Origin: Syncephalis fuscata S228
Lineage: Eukaryota > Fungi > Zoopagomycota
Assembly: GCA_025786725.1 (NCBI GenBank)
Contig: JAHLTZ010000011.1
Span: forward strand, 124,001 to 188,000
Direction of reading: 5' to 3'
DNA: 64,000 nt
In this document: positions 13,996 through 27,461 of the stretch, one piece after another
How positions within the stretch are numbered: position 1 is the first letter of the stretch
Layout: the number at the start of each line of letters is the position of its first letter
Notes under the pieces: generated by a model
Databases searched by the model: none
What the model was told of the DNA's origin: nothing
The model's input: the letters and a program-made list of their open reading frames with translations, nothing else
Translations under genes and position numbers: made by a program

Positions 13996-16900
13996 ATTAA
14001 ATTTAATCACATCAAATTGCTAATGGATTGTTTAATATCAATGTAATAACCATAACATAATAAATAATGCAAGTAACTAAATAAATTACTGATATTGGTT
14101 CTAGACTATCTCATATAAAAATGTGATGGTAAATTTCGGCATTAAAAACCAATGCCGAAATACTGGTCAGATGCATTACCCATGCATCGGGGGGATACGG
14201 CACTGACCTACAGCTTTGATAGAATAGAATAAAAAGCAAAGGGCTATGCCCAGCCTTTACATAGTCCTGTGACTATTTTTATCGCTGTCGTACCAAATAC
14301 AACAGAGCACAATGACACCAAGCACATTGAGTAGTACACTGGAGCTGCATGATGGCAACATTCGATGCAAGTACAATACACACATCAGTACAAAGAACAC
14401 TCAAAGCAAATGAAGCAATAAAAGGATTAGTAAGCTATGACCATGTGATAAGTCAATCGTATTTGTCAGTTCAACTAAATCTATAGCTTCATTGACTGAT
14501 AAGACTCACACTTGGGTGTTATGCACGGATCAACGTGTGGTCGTTCAGCAGCAGAATAATATGAATAGATAAATGAATGAATGTTTAAATGATAGTGTCA
14601 TGTATAGAACCAATCAACAACGTGCCTGCTTGCTTGTTGCTTGCCCCGCTTAACATCCATCGACTTTGGTTACACCCACGTTGTCGCACAATAGACCTCG
14701 AGGCGGCATAATGGGGTGCATACTGGCATGGCATATGCATAAATCGCGTTCTAGGCTGTTATTGGTTGAGCACAAGCCACTTGACAAAGCATTCGTGGAG
14801 GCAGACTGATTAGCACAAGATGAATAGGAAGGAAGGAAGGATAGGAAGGAAGGATAGAAAGAGGAATGCGCAATGCATTAAAGGGTCCAATCTATAACCG
14901 GTTATCCTTTCTAAATAGTAACGATACAGATACCAATCGCTCTGTTGGTCTTCTATTCTCGCCAGAATGCATGCATGTGTCCTATTGCTTGACTCATTGC
15001 TAACAGTACCCTTGCAAAAGCAAGCTGCATGTGACGCGGCTTATGGCTGCTAAAGGCCGATGGAGGTTTTATTGCTCAATATGCAGCTGAACGACACAGC
15101 GGTACGTGTATCGTGTATAGCGATAATTGTATTATTTGTATTCATGCACGTATCTAGATCGCTTTGTTCGGCATATTGCGCGTAACACCGAATAGAACAG
15201 CAAAAGGAAGAACATTGAAGCAAGTGTAACAATAGAACATTTTAACGGCAAATTATGAAACATTACTAGCGTATTCTGTGAGGTGAAGCAATGGCCGCTA
15301 AATTAACGAAATAGACACCAACGGTGCGTGTTTACATCGTATGTGTAGAATAATATACTAAATAGCTGTAATAGATTTATTTCTAGCTATTTGATATTGT
15401 TATTATAGTATTAAATATGTAGAAAATCATCATTGATTTTATATATGCGAAGAAATAATAAACAAGCCTGGAAATATGCAACACTACGATTTAATAACAA
15501 TTATACACATCATTAATAAACTGTTTTACAGTCTTAGAAAACATTTTACGCCCATTTAATAATGACACAGACAATTAATATAATGTTAACAGTGATTTTT
15601 AATTTAATTGAGCGCATAGTGCTGAAACAATTACAAAGAAAGCGCGTCTAAGGGCGCGTTTTATGGCTATCATGGCGAATCTCAAAGTAGAGAACACGCA
15701 CCGTCTATGGCCAAACTAAGAATATTTTCTCCTGGCTATCCATAGTAATAGAATAGGTATGCATACGATGCACACACAGTCCATAGAGTTTTAAAAAGTG
15801 TCGGTGAGAAAAGAAGCAGTGCACTATTATCGGCAACAATAATAAGCACACCGACCGAATAAGTAGATTTTAACAAACAATTAAAATAAAGAGAGCGGCA
15901 ATAAGGAAGGTGATAAACAACGGAACGAGAATGAAAGGAAATGGAAATAGAGAAAAGGCACATATACTTAGTATTAAAGTAATGGCAAATACAGTAAGAA
16001 AACGTGAATAGCAATAATAATAGACACGGCAAATAGCAAAAATAAAGGTAAAGATAAGTGGACTTGCCTACACTACATTAAACATGCGTATTTCTATTGC
16101 TGGTGGCAACCGTGGCGTATGATACGATATTCGTATTGATCATGTCCATTAATAAAACATTGCTTAATGTGTTGTAGTATGCCACCGCAGTCATGCTGAT
16201 ATGCGGGGTATTTTTTTGTTGATATTCCTAATGACTTGCTGCTGCTGTGTTAGGAATTAAGTCGAGTAGTAGCTAATACAATCTATAGTAGTGAATCAAT
16301 CGTTTAAGATAAACTGATCAATGCAAACGATGCATGGTGATAAATTGCAGTGTTGTCAAACGCATGCTATCGTGATTGAATGGTTGGTTATACATTCTGG
16401 GACGCTTTGTTGGTGTACGAGTACTGTACACGCGTTCGGATGCAGTATCGATTAAAGCTCCATATAGACCGTGCAAGCCAGTTCATCGTTGGTTAGCCGG
16501 ACGAAGCGTAATGACTCAACCGGCGACTGTTGCTGAACTGGCTGCAATGGATGGCTAATGCAGTTGCCAGTCCACGGCTCATAATCACCATAAGTAATGC
16601 CTAATAACTGTGAGAATGATAATAGCTAGACGCGACAAAAAAATAGATTGCTGAACGAGTAAGAAAGAGGAGAATAAACAGAGTTATACAAGACTGCTGT
16701 TTAAAAAACCTGGAGAATATTGCTAAAGACAAGGCATAGATGAAAGAAAAAAACGCAGTAAACATGAAAAGATCATATTGTATGGTGGCGCTACCATAAT
16801 CAATGATCATTAAATACGAAATACTTGAAAGGGGTCAGAAAGAGATCATCTGAAATCAGGTCGAATCGGGTCAGGTCAGGTCAGGTCAAAGTCGTGTGCG

Positions 16901-17132
16901 GCAAATCATATCAAGCGTCGTTATTATGGGCATAAAGGTGATCTATAGTATGAGAGAGAGAGACGAGTAGCGTTACAGTTTATGAACCAGTCACACATGA
17001 ATAACGATCATCATCCATACACTATAATAAATAGCGAATGGCTGGTTGATGCACCGTTTAAGTGATGGTAGCATAGCATCTCAGCTATCGTTTAGAATGG
17101 TCAGTTGAATAATCAAGTGTAGGTGAACATGA

Positions 17133-17678
17133 TTATTTGTTAAGAAGTGGCTCGTTAATCACATCGTGACGAAGGGCCTTTACAGCGCCGACAATGCGTC
17201 GTGAGACTTCGATGGGCACATTCGATTGAAGTGCACCGTCCAAGTGACGTAGAGCGCAGTCGAAGAAGCGCTGTGTGATAGGATGGTGGTCAGCGTCGTA
17301 GTAGGAACGCTTCATAGATTGGGCGTGGTCGGCGTCTTCGCCGAGAGCAATGGCTGCAAAGTAGGTGAGTAACTGATGCAAATGGGCCTCATCTGGACAA
17401 CCTGGACCATCGCTCTCGTTACCGTCCTCATCCTCGGAAGCACTTGGCGAGCTAGTGCAATTAATAGAAGCCTTTTGGCTGGCCAACATACGACGGAAGA
17501 ATTCCTCGACAACGCGTGCCACGGTATCGTCGTCGAGTAGTGGGTGCATATTGCGCTCCGAACGGAGGCCGGACATTGATGAAGTATCAGACATGAGTGT
17601 AATGTAGTGCTGCTCTGTGGTCATATCCACGGAAAAAGTCGCCAAAGAAGTCAAGTTAAGCGCGACCGCAGACGTCAT
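17133..17678 (-). CDS. Divergent group-1 (GlbN-type, 2/2) truncated globin-like protein, intronless
   Basis: 'TVARVVEEFFRRMLA' fits the B helix, 'DEAHLHQLLTYFAAIALG' the E helix, and 'MKRSYY..HHPITQRFFDCALRHLDGALQSNVPIEVSRRIVGAVKALRHDVIN' the F-G-H helices. These are colinear with the TrHb1 consensus (AVDKFYERVL...DMAKQ...AFG...MREAH...HFDAVAEDL..TL...VP...RDVLN). Confidence 0.7.
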   Translation of the reverse strand: MTSAVALNLTSLATFSVDMTTEQHYITLMSDTSSMSGLRSERNMHPLLDDDTVARVVEEFFRRMLASQKASINCTSSPSASEDEDGNESDGPGCPDEAHLHQLLTYFAAIALGEDADHAQSMKRSYYDADHHPITQRFFDCALRHLDGALQSNVPIEVSRRIVGAVKALRHDVINEPLLNK

Positions 17679-20600
17679 TTGAACGCAAAGCGATAGTCTT
17701 TAGGTGCGCGTAAGTTAAGATGCTATGGCAGACAATTTATAGTAGTAGTAGTAGTAGTAATATCAATAACAACTAAAATAGTAGCCAAAGACAGTAAAAT
17801 AACGATGCGAATGTCGTTTAATTCAAAGTAGCTTTTTGTCTTTAATAAAGATGGCTCGAGTTAGCATGCACGCATAGATAGACGTGGAGTGTACGAGTAG
17901 ACACGTGCGCTATCGTATAACGACAAGGGGAGTTGTGGTGCAGTTAATAGGTGAGCGTACAGACACACACACACGTCCGTAGAGAGAGTGAGGGATAAGG
18001 AGTAGTAAGAAAAAAAAGGAAGAACGTGCCGGCCGGTCGTAAATTGCAAATAGTAAGTAGCTTTGAACGTATGAGAATACAAGAGAACGACGACAGGCAG
18101 TCAATAAGCGATAGAGTGAAGGGGAAGAGTAGAGTAGTGATGGTAATAGTGATGGTAGTTGTAATAGAATAGAATAATAGTGCTATGTTGCTAATAAAGA
18201 ATAGAACGGTTAAAAGACGTGTACGAGTAGTGTGAGTAGTGTGCGAGTAGAGGATGGATAGATAGAGAGGGAGGATAGAGAGAGGAAGAGTGATAGATGT
18301 GAGTGAGTGTGGATACTAAGAGTAGTAAGCGATAAAAAGAAAAGTGGAATGGAGTGAGAATCGCTTGCTTATATAACAAATAGACGTATTGATTCACACA
18401 CCCACACGACAATGCAGACCCACTGTTTTTATACGATAGAAAGGAGAATGTGAAAACGATCCAATAAAGACCTAGAAATGAAGAATGAAGAATGAATAGA
18501 TTTGGATGATCATGACTCAATCCGTAGTATTTATATAGAACACAGCACATTTTTCTCCCCTTGCGTTGATAAATAGTTGCTATCCCTCAGTCTGGCAGCG
18601 TGTGTGTGTGTGTGTGTCAGTGTAAAAATAAAATTCGGGGAAAAGGATAATGCTGAATGGTGGTGGTGGTGATAACAAGAATAATAGAAATAGACTCATT
18701 GTAGTCATCATTATACTTGTCGTGCCTATCACGGTGGTCGTCGTCGTCGTGATGCTTGTGGTGGTTGCAGCTGATGCTGCAGCAACGCAGCCCTCAATTG
18801 CCAGTTGAATTGCTGTCCCCTCCTCCTGGTGGTGGTGGTCGTGGTCGTGGTCGTTGTGATGCTAGGCAGTCGACATGGGCGAGCAACGGCGAGAATGAGC
18901 GTTGCACACGCGCGCACGCGCGTCCACATTCAAAAACATCCATGGTCAACACTGATACACACACCCATTTACATCCACATGTACCCACCAGGAATGGACC
19001 CCTTTTTTTAATACCGAAGGATCCCGCACACACTTGTTGCATTTAGGCGGTGGTGTGCTTACTGTTTATTGTGTTAGTCTTGTTTGCCTATCTTTCTTTA
19101 TTACTATAAAGAGATGTATGCGTATCGGTTTGCATTATAGTTTGTTGTTATCTTAGATTGACCAATATTATTGCTATGTTGTTATTATCATTGTTGTTAT
19201 TTATTATGATAGTAATAATAGTAGCGATGCCTAGAACTGTATGTTCCATTGCTATGGCTATTATTACTCTAGTAGCCTATCATTGGACGTTGCGCCTTTG
19301 AAACGCCGAATGAATCTATTTTCGCTCTTGGCTTCTTGGCACTAATTCTGGCTTATGCAAGTAGGTTTTTCCGACCGAAACAATTCGCGCTACTTTGACT
19401 CACACCATTTATCATTAGTTGATTATTCAGCTGTACTACCATGTTCATTAATTACTACTTACCTTGTTATTATTAGCACAATGATGCGAATGATGCTAAT
19501 GACGTTAATAATGATGACGAGTGTTGCAATGTTTACTACTGTTACAGTATTATTATAAAATTATTACATTATTACATATCATTACATATCATTACATATT
19601 TTATTATTATTACATATTTTTATTTTTATTATTATTAACCTTATCAATAAACCATCCAAGATGATCATGATTAACTAGTGGATCTGCATGGTCTCTATCT
19701 CTAGCTTGTACCCCTTTGCCTCGACATGTCCCCTATATTTCTTCGTTTTTACTAGGACAAATAGCAATGGTTTATCCAAAAAGGTTATAGCCGTAGTGAG
19801 AAAAAGGCAATTACCACGGTGAGTAGATAATACCGGATCACAGTAACATCATGATCCTTATCATTATTAGAATGATCGTCATCTCACCTTCCTTGTTACT
19901 GCGTACAAGTATACAAGTATACAATGTACAAGTTGTTATTGGACGTGGCATGCAATGCATCAATCCATATTTATCCTGCCACGCCTTGTTTACATTGGCA
20001 ACGTCTCCTCAATTTCGACGTTGTTCGCCAATCAGCTTTAGCTAATGGTGGCGAGTGGCACCAATCAACGGTCTATAGTCAAATCTCACATGGCATTCAA
20101 CGTATTCGCTAAACTAGGAAAGACTACTTTGATCCATGATGGGTAATCTAGCAAGCCATACTTGTAAATCGTTCATTATGATAGGTGTAATACATACACA
20201 ACGTGGTGTTATCATGTAAGGAGTAAAGTCGACAACGGGGGTAAACATTCGGGTTTTTTAATGGCGTCTCCGAGCGGAGATTGAATAATAATAATTGAAA
20301 GATGAAATGCAGTAATAGCGGTGCTGCAATACTGCATTGTAGCTGATGTGTTCGGGCCGAATCCCAAGTAATAACTGTCCTAGAAAAGTAAACCATATTA
20401 CTTGATAAGCTTTAACATAAATATACACACGCACTTTCTCTCATACTTTGAAACGATAAACATTAATGGGTAACTTTACTGCGGCAGTTTGTTCTCTCTT
20501 GCCTTGAAAAAAGCTGATCGGTTGGGGCGTGATCGGAAACCGTAAAAGTGTAAAAAAAGTGCAAAGATTTGCGCTAATATCCTTCAATAGCGATACAATA

Positions 20601-22916
20601 CATCGTTTCAAATGTTAAAAAAGAAAATTGCTTCAGTCTTGCTTTTTTTGCTACGTTCTACACTCAAGGCAAAGATTTGCCAATAGATATGCTGTAATAG
20701 ACACAAAGCAGTGACAAGGCATGGGCAAAGGAGTACTAGTCCAAAAACAAAAAATGTGTACACATTTGTAGTTTAATCGGAGTTTTGATATTTATGTTTC
20801 AAGTAAATAAATTGAACTATTTTTACTATAACGGTTTATAGCACGAATTTGTTGATGCATCATTGTTCTTTTTCTATTCCTACTACGACTTGATTGAGGT
20901 ATGTTGATTGCTTCTACTTTTACTCAAGTGATGTCAATGTTTCATTCTATGGTTGCCATAATACAACATTTTTTACAATATTCTATTCTACTATTGTACT
21001 CAACTTGGTAATTGATGCAAGAATAGTTTGGTGATAGACATGATAGGCCAATTCAATGGTTAATGGCCATGTTGGATTGCCAAGCTTCTCCTCAATAAAA
21101 GTTGCAGTGACAATAAAAACGCGCCTGCTAATTGGTAACTGTTGCTGCTGTTACTATTATTACTGCCTCTACTGCAATCTGTTTCTATATTTTACTTGAC
21201 CCTATTTTGACATCATAGCAAAATGAGGCCAAAGGTACCATTATCATCATCATCATCATCAACATCATTGCACACCTGTTATGCATATGTACACACAACT
21301 CTTTGTCTTGGCCAATGCTATAATTAGATGCCAATGGGCCATAAACGTGATGTGTATGTGCCTATGTGTGCAAGGGCCAAGACTATCAAGAGTGATGGCA
21401 TAAATAGTATATACAAATTATAGCACAACACGCGTTTAGCACAGATCACACTAACCAATACAATAGCACTAACTATTTTTTATTATACGTTCTTTGTTTT
21501 ATCGGACATAAGAAAAGCAATACAAGGATTGATAAACACGTTGTGCACTTAACATGTGGGCAGATCATTATTACAAGCATGTAGATGAATAAACAGATAG
21601 ATAAGCGCTACTTTGAAACTGCATACTTGTAGTAAAGTTTGCATTCTTATCGCCGTAGATGGCAATACACCCTATGGCCCTATTATATATAAATAAGGCT
21701 AAATACTGTCCCTATAATGCTACTAGATGAACAAGTCAAGTGATAGCTATGGCCCTGTAATTGTAAAAAAGATTTGTGCGACAGTGATGATTATAATTAT
21801 CGTGTTAATCATGATAATAGTTTGGGATTGCATCGGTGTTTATCCTTGTAGTGCAGCGCTGTACCATCTCAGTTAGCGCATGCGCGCGTGTTTTGCAGCA
21901 TGCGAACTTGGCCCCGCGCACGCACATATGATCTTCATGTACTTTACATGACAGCTCCTTTCATCCTTCATCAATAAGTCGTGATGTCATTGTGACAGCG
22001 GCACTTTATTGAAGCTCGGAGGCTCGGCCTCCGAAGTTCCAGGTTTACTGATAATGATTGGCTTACACGCTTTAGATGCATGAGCGTGTGACACACTCAA
22101 GTCACAATCGAAGCAAAGAAGAAGGAAAAGAATAAAAGGGAAGGAGCACTGGTTTTGCCGCGGCTTATATTAATATTTAGGGTACTAAAAGTCATGTGAA
22201 GCAGATTGTACTAGGTAGCTGATAATTCCTTGGTAAACATATTAACGTGATGCCATTAGCAGTATCAAGGTGTGTGTATTTGTATGTATGTATAAGTATG
22301 TATAAGTGTGTGTGTGTATCAAATTATGTGCTTATGCATTACAGTGAATATCGATGGATAAATACGATGTGTGCTTGCTTAGCCCGCCGGCTAATCTGGA
22401 TAAAAATGCCAACACCATCAGCCATATTTATTCTTGTTAATGCATCTTGACTGGCAAGGATTAGCCTTATTGCAAATGCCAACTTGTTTTATCGGACTTG
22501 TATGGGATTATCAATTAACCGTGTTCATTATCACTGTAAGTTGAATATAAACTTGTTTTTCTTAAATGATATTTTATAAAGTCTTTTTTTTAATTCGGCA
22601 AATGCAATAAATATTAGATAGTGTATTAATAGATACTACATCTGAAACAATCTGAACTAATCGATTGTTGCAGACATATTATAGGCATTAATGAAAAGTG
22701 CTGCAATTTTATTAAATGGTAAATACTTACTGGTTTACTATGTACTTTATTAGCACACTAATAACAAATTTATTATTATTATTGGTATTTTTATTACTTT
22801 CATTGTTAAAGCATATTTTAATTAATATTGGTAAATAAATTACTTTTAATAAGTTATATTTAATCGTTTCATTTATTCGTAAAAAAACATTTACTAAGTA
22901 ATAATAATGGTGCTGT

Positions 22917-25385
22917 TTAGGCAAAATGGTCACGACGGCTGTCGTGATGGTCGCGCCAAGCAGCAAGTTCGTCCATTTGTCGTCTCCACCAGCGGTTCAT
23001 ACGAGCTACCGGCGTTAATGGCTTTTTATGGGATAGATATGATGCTTTTTTCAATCGGCCAGAGCAGCTTTTATTACCATGCTGACTAAATACCACATCC
23101 CAAGGATTACCACCTGCACCTTGGCGTTTTGTCATTGCTGAGTAGCGTTCGCTAGCTGATGTATTATATGCCATAGCAATTAATTCCTCTTCAGGATTAT
23201 CGTCATTGGTAGCCATTTCGTCAGTATCCATGTCAAGTTCGTCTTCTGCATCGGAATGTAATAAAGAGTTAACATAGCGCGGGAAAGTATTGCGATAAAG
23301 CAAATCAAGCACAGCGTGATATGCTTCGTCAAATATTGTTGGCTCAATATGACCCGAGGTTAGCGCATCGCGAGCTCGGCGGCGTACGCCATGATCGACA
23401 TTGACTTCGAGAAGTGCACCTTCGGCCAAATAGACGTAGTAGAACTGGCGGTAATCTTCAGCAAGCCAATCAGGCAATGGGCCATTATTGACAAATGAAA
23501 TCATTTGTTCATTTCGTTCGGTAAAGACTGAGCCAGGGCCAATGGTCATGTGGGATGGAGTACATGTAACAGGTGTACTAATACGATCACTCATCGTGGA
23601 AGAGGCACGACTTGATCGAGTTGTATGAAGTGTTGATGTCGGCGATAATGATAATGGCATTAGCGGTATTGACGTGGTGGCTGGTGACACTTTTGTGGTG
23701 GTAGCAAATGGTGTTAGATTTGCATTGGCTGATGCAGTTGATTCATCCATAGGTGGCGATAAGCAAAACGCCGGCACTGGTAGTGAAGGCATTGCAGGTG
23801 CTTCAGCCAAACGTGTAGCACGTGCACTTGCCGTGCTAAATTGCCGTGATGCAGCTAAAGATGATGTGCGTTTTGTAATGGTTATGCGCGGTGTTGTTGG
23901 ACTTGAAAGTATTGAGGCGCTGCCTTGATAAGTCGATAACTTTACGTGCTGTGCCAATTCAATCATTTCGCTTTTATGGCTATTATTGGAAATAAAACTA
24001 GAGGTATTGGAAATAGGTGATATTGGGCGAGACTGCATGGCAGATGGTGAAATGCTCGATGTCGCAAATGGTTTTGTCGTTACGTCAGCTGCCGTAGTTG
24101 CAGCTGTAGTCGTTGGAATTTCAATACATGATAAGCGTGGTAAATTCCAATCAAGTGCTACTTTTGTCGTATCAACTTCTTCAGCACGTGCTGCATCATC
24201 CGCCATATGATAGTGTTGTGGCGAAGTAGGCGCAAACTCGACCGTGCCTGGAAGGCCCAAAGCCCGCATGGCCAATGCAGTCTGCATTGCAACATGTGCT
24301 GCCTGAATTGTGCCCCATTGTTCAGCGGTGGTTTGTTCAGCCTTCAATCGCTTTTGCTCTTCGCGTTTCATTTGCTGGCGTTTAACTGTTTCCGTACGTT
24401 CTTTAAGTGCTTGATATTCTTGAATAAATCGACAATTTTCTAGAGAAAAATCAGCTTCAGCAAGCTTTTCCAAACGTCGAAATGCCGTGGGATTTTCTAA
24501 TGCCCGGTAGAATTGACTGCGTGACAATAGGCGACGTTCCAATCGTAGACGTAGTGCACGGCGTACTGGACGAACTACCGATACTACATGCACTGAAAAT
24601 AGCATGACAGCCAGCCAGCAAATGGCATCGACTTGGTGTTCAAGTGCTGGCACGCTTGTCCATGTAAAGTAGATAGGTATGATAAGCAGTGTGATAGCCA
24701 CCGTAAATTGCAAGTCACTTGCAATGTTATAGGCATCGCGTAGACCGACAAGTAGCCAGACAATGATCGGACATAGAATGGCCATAAAGAATCCAAGCAT
24801 AATGTAGAGTGGTATATATTCCCAGTTACTCCAGTTGTGATGGCCGACATCTAGCGGTACAACTCGATACCTTGTAGACAAGCACTGTACTAGAAGCAAA
24901 CATATAAGCGTACTAATACCGATCGCTGCCATAATCCCCGTTAGCGTCATGTCACCTCGAGGTGCACGTCGACGACGAAGCCAGTTCTGTTCGCGATGTA
25001 ATTGAGCACGCGCTTCGTCAGCGTTTGCTTTGGCTGCGGCAGCTGCATTGCGTGCTTTGGCACGTCGAATGTCAGCAAGAAATCGTGCACGCCAAACACG
25101 GCCCAATAACGAGACAGTCCATGCGGAAAATCCAATATAGGCCCCCCATAATGGTAAAAACGAGGGAGTCCCCGAGGGTGAGGATGCTTGAACGAGAAAT
25201 ATTGTACTAACACCTGTGGACGCAATGGCACCTACCACCGTAAGAGATACGGAGCGTTTACGTAATTCTGGTGTGTCGGGTGCAAAGTAGTAATAGCCCA
25301 TTGTTGTGACAGTATAAATGGCTGCTAGCAAATAGGCTAGCACGAGGTAGACAATACTCTCGATAGGACCGGGTTGTCGATTCAT
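22917..25385 (-). CDS. 7TM-RGS protein with a split RGS domain, intronless
   Basis: Seven TM segments, then the RGS N-half 'ALENPTAFRRLEKLAEADFSLENCRFIQEY' and C-half 'FYYVYLAEGALLEVNVD...IFDEAYHAVLDLLYRNTFPRY', separated by a ~300-aa Ser/Thr/Ala-rich insert. ATG at 25385 chosen over the upstream TTG. Confidence 0.88.
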   Translation of the reverse strand: MNRQPGPIESIVYLVLAYLLAAIYTVTTMGYYYFAPDTPELRKRSVSLTVVGAIASTGVSTIFLVQASSPSGTPSFLPLWGAYIGFSAWTVSLLGRVWRARFLADIRRAKARNAAAAAKANADEARAQLHREQNWLRRRRAPRGDMTLTGIMAAIGISTLICLLLVQCLSTRYRVVPLDVGHHNWSNWEYIPLYIMLGFFMAILCPIIVWLLVGLRDAYNIASDLQFTVAITLLIIPIYFTWTSVPALEHQVDAICWLAVMLFSVHVVSVVRPVRRALRLRLERRLLSRSQFYRALENPTAFRRLEKLAEADFSLENCRFIQEYQALKERTETVKRQQMKREEQKRLKAEQTTAEQWGTIQAAHVAMQTALAMRALGLPGTVEFAPTSPQHYHMADDAARAEEVDTTKVALDWNLPRLSCIEIPTTTAATTAADVTTKPFATSSISPSAMQSRPISPISNTSSFISNNSHKSEMIELAQHVKLSTYQGSASILSSPTTPRITITKRTSSLAASRQFSTASARATRLAEAPAMPSLPVPAFCLSPPMDESTASANANLTPFATTTKVSPATTSIPLMPLSLSPTSTLHTTRSSRASSTMSDRISTPVTCTPSHMTIGPGSVFTERNEQMISFVNNGPLPDWLAEDYRQFYYVYLAEGALLEVNVDHGVRRRARDALTSGHIEPTIFDEAYHAVLDLLYRNTFPRYVNSLLHSDAEDELDMDTDEMATNDDNPEEELIAMAYNTSASERYSAMTKRQGAGGNPWDVVFSQHGNKSCSGRLKKASYLSHKKPLTPVARMNRWWRRQMDELAAWRDHHDSRRDHFA

Positions 25386-27461
25386 AGGTTTAACGTTGAA
25401 TAAGCTGATTAATAGTTTGACATTAAAAGCTGTAGTATAAACTAACATCCAACAGACAAAAATTGCACGCAAACAAAAGAAACACAAAGCTCTAGTCTAT
25501 AAGTTGAATAAACACAATATAACAGCTCAGCGGCGATGAATCTTAAGCAGCTGAGGTATCGTTTTAAATATCGTTATTGGTATAAAGTTGGCCCTTGGTT
25601 CAATAGCACGCTTGTAAACTAACAATAATAACAACTATAAGATATTCTACTGTTTTCTTTAAGTACCGAATACTAATAGTGCTGACGAGATAATAATAAT
25701 AATAATAGACTAATGATAATGATAATGACAGAGTATTACGAAAGTGGTATAAAATAAAGCGTAGAACAAAACAAACTGGTACTTAAGCGTAAAGTGCCAA
25801 AAAGAATAGAACAAACTATATTACGGGTAAAAAGTTTGCTTATGAAGAAAAAGACATAACTGTACCGACTGCTTCTAATGGAACACAGCAAGTGGGCGGG
25901 TGGTTCGTTAGCAAAGTAAAAGAGAGTTGATATGATAACGGTGTCGTGGTGGCGGCGTCAAGTAAAGAAGGCGATAGTGGCAAGAGATGCCGTTTAGGCG
26001 GAGTGAAAAAGTAGCGCTGGAAAAGATGCAAACTTTCGTGCTAGCAAAAGGCGAGAATTATAAAAAGGCTCTGGCAGTCAGGATAGTTCGGAGTCAATGA
26101 CTCGATAAAAAGAAATAGCTTTGCGGTTTATAGAGGCCATGTGTGTTCCAAAATGCTTAAAGAGATTCTCGTTCCAAAACGTAGCTACACGTTTTCACTC
26201 CGCGGATCACATTCAAATAAGGCAACGTATTTATATCAACACATGTGTTTTTATGTTTTATATGGGACAGGTACCAATTCATTTGAATTTATGCGCACGC
26301 GCTTAGATAAATAAATTTAATAATAAGTAAAATTAGTTGTACATCAATATCTCTGAACAATAAATCGACATCGGCAATAATGGGCCAATAAAGAATGGCC
26401 AGGGATTGTACTAGGTTGCACATATTACAATAATAAGGGCTACATCTTTCAATGTAGTGGCGTTTTAAATGGGCGAGAATAGCAATAATGGTTGATCATA
26501 TCAGTATTTCAAACATTATTTCATAATAGTGGATATAGCCATTATACAAGGCTATAAAATATACATGCTATCATATAAAACACTTGGCAATAAAGCATAG
26601 TTAAATAAAATAGCCGTAATGCAATACACTCAAATAATTGGCTAATTCTAAACATTCTAGTCGCTCAATTACTCAGCCAAGATAATACTAACAACAAACA
26701 CGATTTGAAAACTTTATTTCTTTATTTAGTACATAGTAATAAATGATACAACCGTGACAAACCGTAGCATCAATAGTAAACTATTGGCTTTATACTAAAT
26801 TGAATTTAATAGTTAACTAATATACAATACGATAATATATATATATCATTTTTCTCGTCTTTACTCGCCATATCTATATTTCTTAGTGCAAAACATTATT
26901 GTCAAATAATACTATTTTCTATTGTCAAATCAATCTAAATTAAAGATAATCGACTATTGTAATTTAACTATTTAATTACATTGTTTATTATTGCATTGAG
27001 TTCTATTAAATAGTTTGAAATGCTTATAGAAGTATTTTGTGCTTTATTGTTCATTTAACAGAAATGGCTTTATAGCAAGAATGCGATGTAGTTGGCGTAA
27101 CGCGAAATAAAAGCGAGAGAATTGATGCAGACGGTACTACGATTACTGAAAATTAATGACGGAGTGCAGCGTAGTAAAGTATACTAATTAAAAAAATGGA
27201 TACACCTAGATAGGGGAAATCTAGCGCGCGCTATTAAGAAGGACAGAATGGTAAATAAGCGAGTAATAAGTGGTGATGATGGTGGAGAGGAACAGGGTCG
27301 TAATAACAAAAGAGCTGTTTGAAATCGTGTTACAATAAACAGGATAATCTATTGAGAAGCGAGACGGGTATGTACGTATTATGGTGTACACACACGCGCG
27401 CACGCATCATCAGACATGCAATATGCGTATTGATTGGACAAAATAGATAGAAGCTTTGCCA

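Noticed and set aside
16856-16892. (GGTCA)n pentamer run
   Set aside because: Short microsatellite with no further structure.
18191-19046. Several overlapping ORFs with poly-T/V/G/R tracts
   Set aside because: They arise from GA-rich and (GGT/CGT)n low-complexity DNA upstream of the globin gene, with no domain or splice support.
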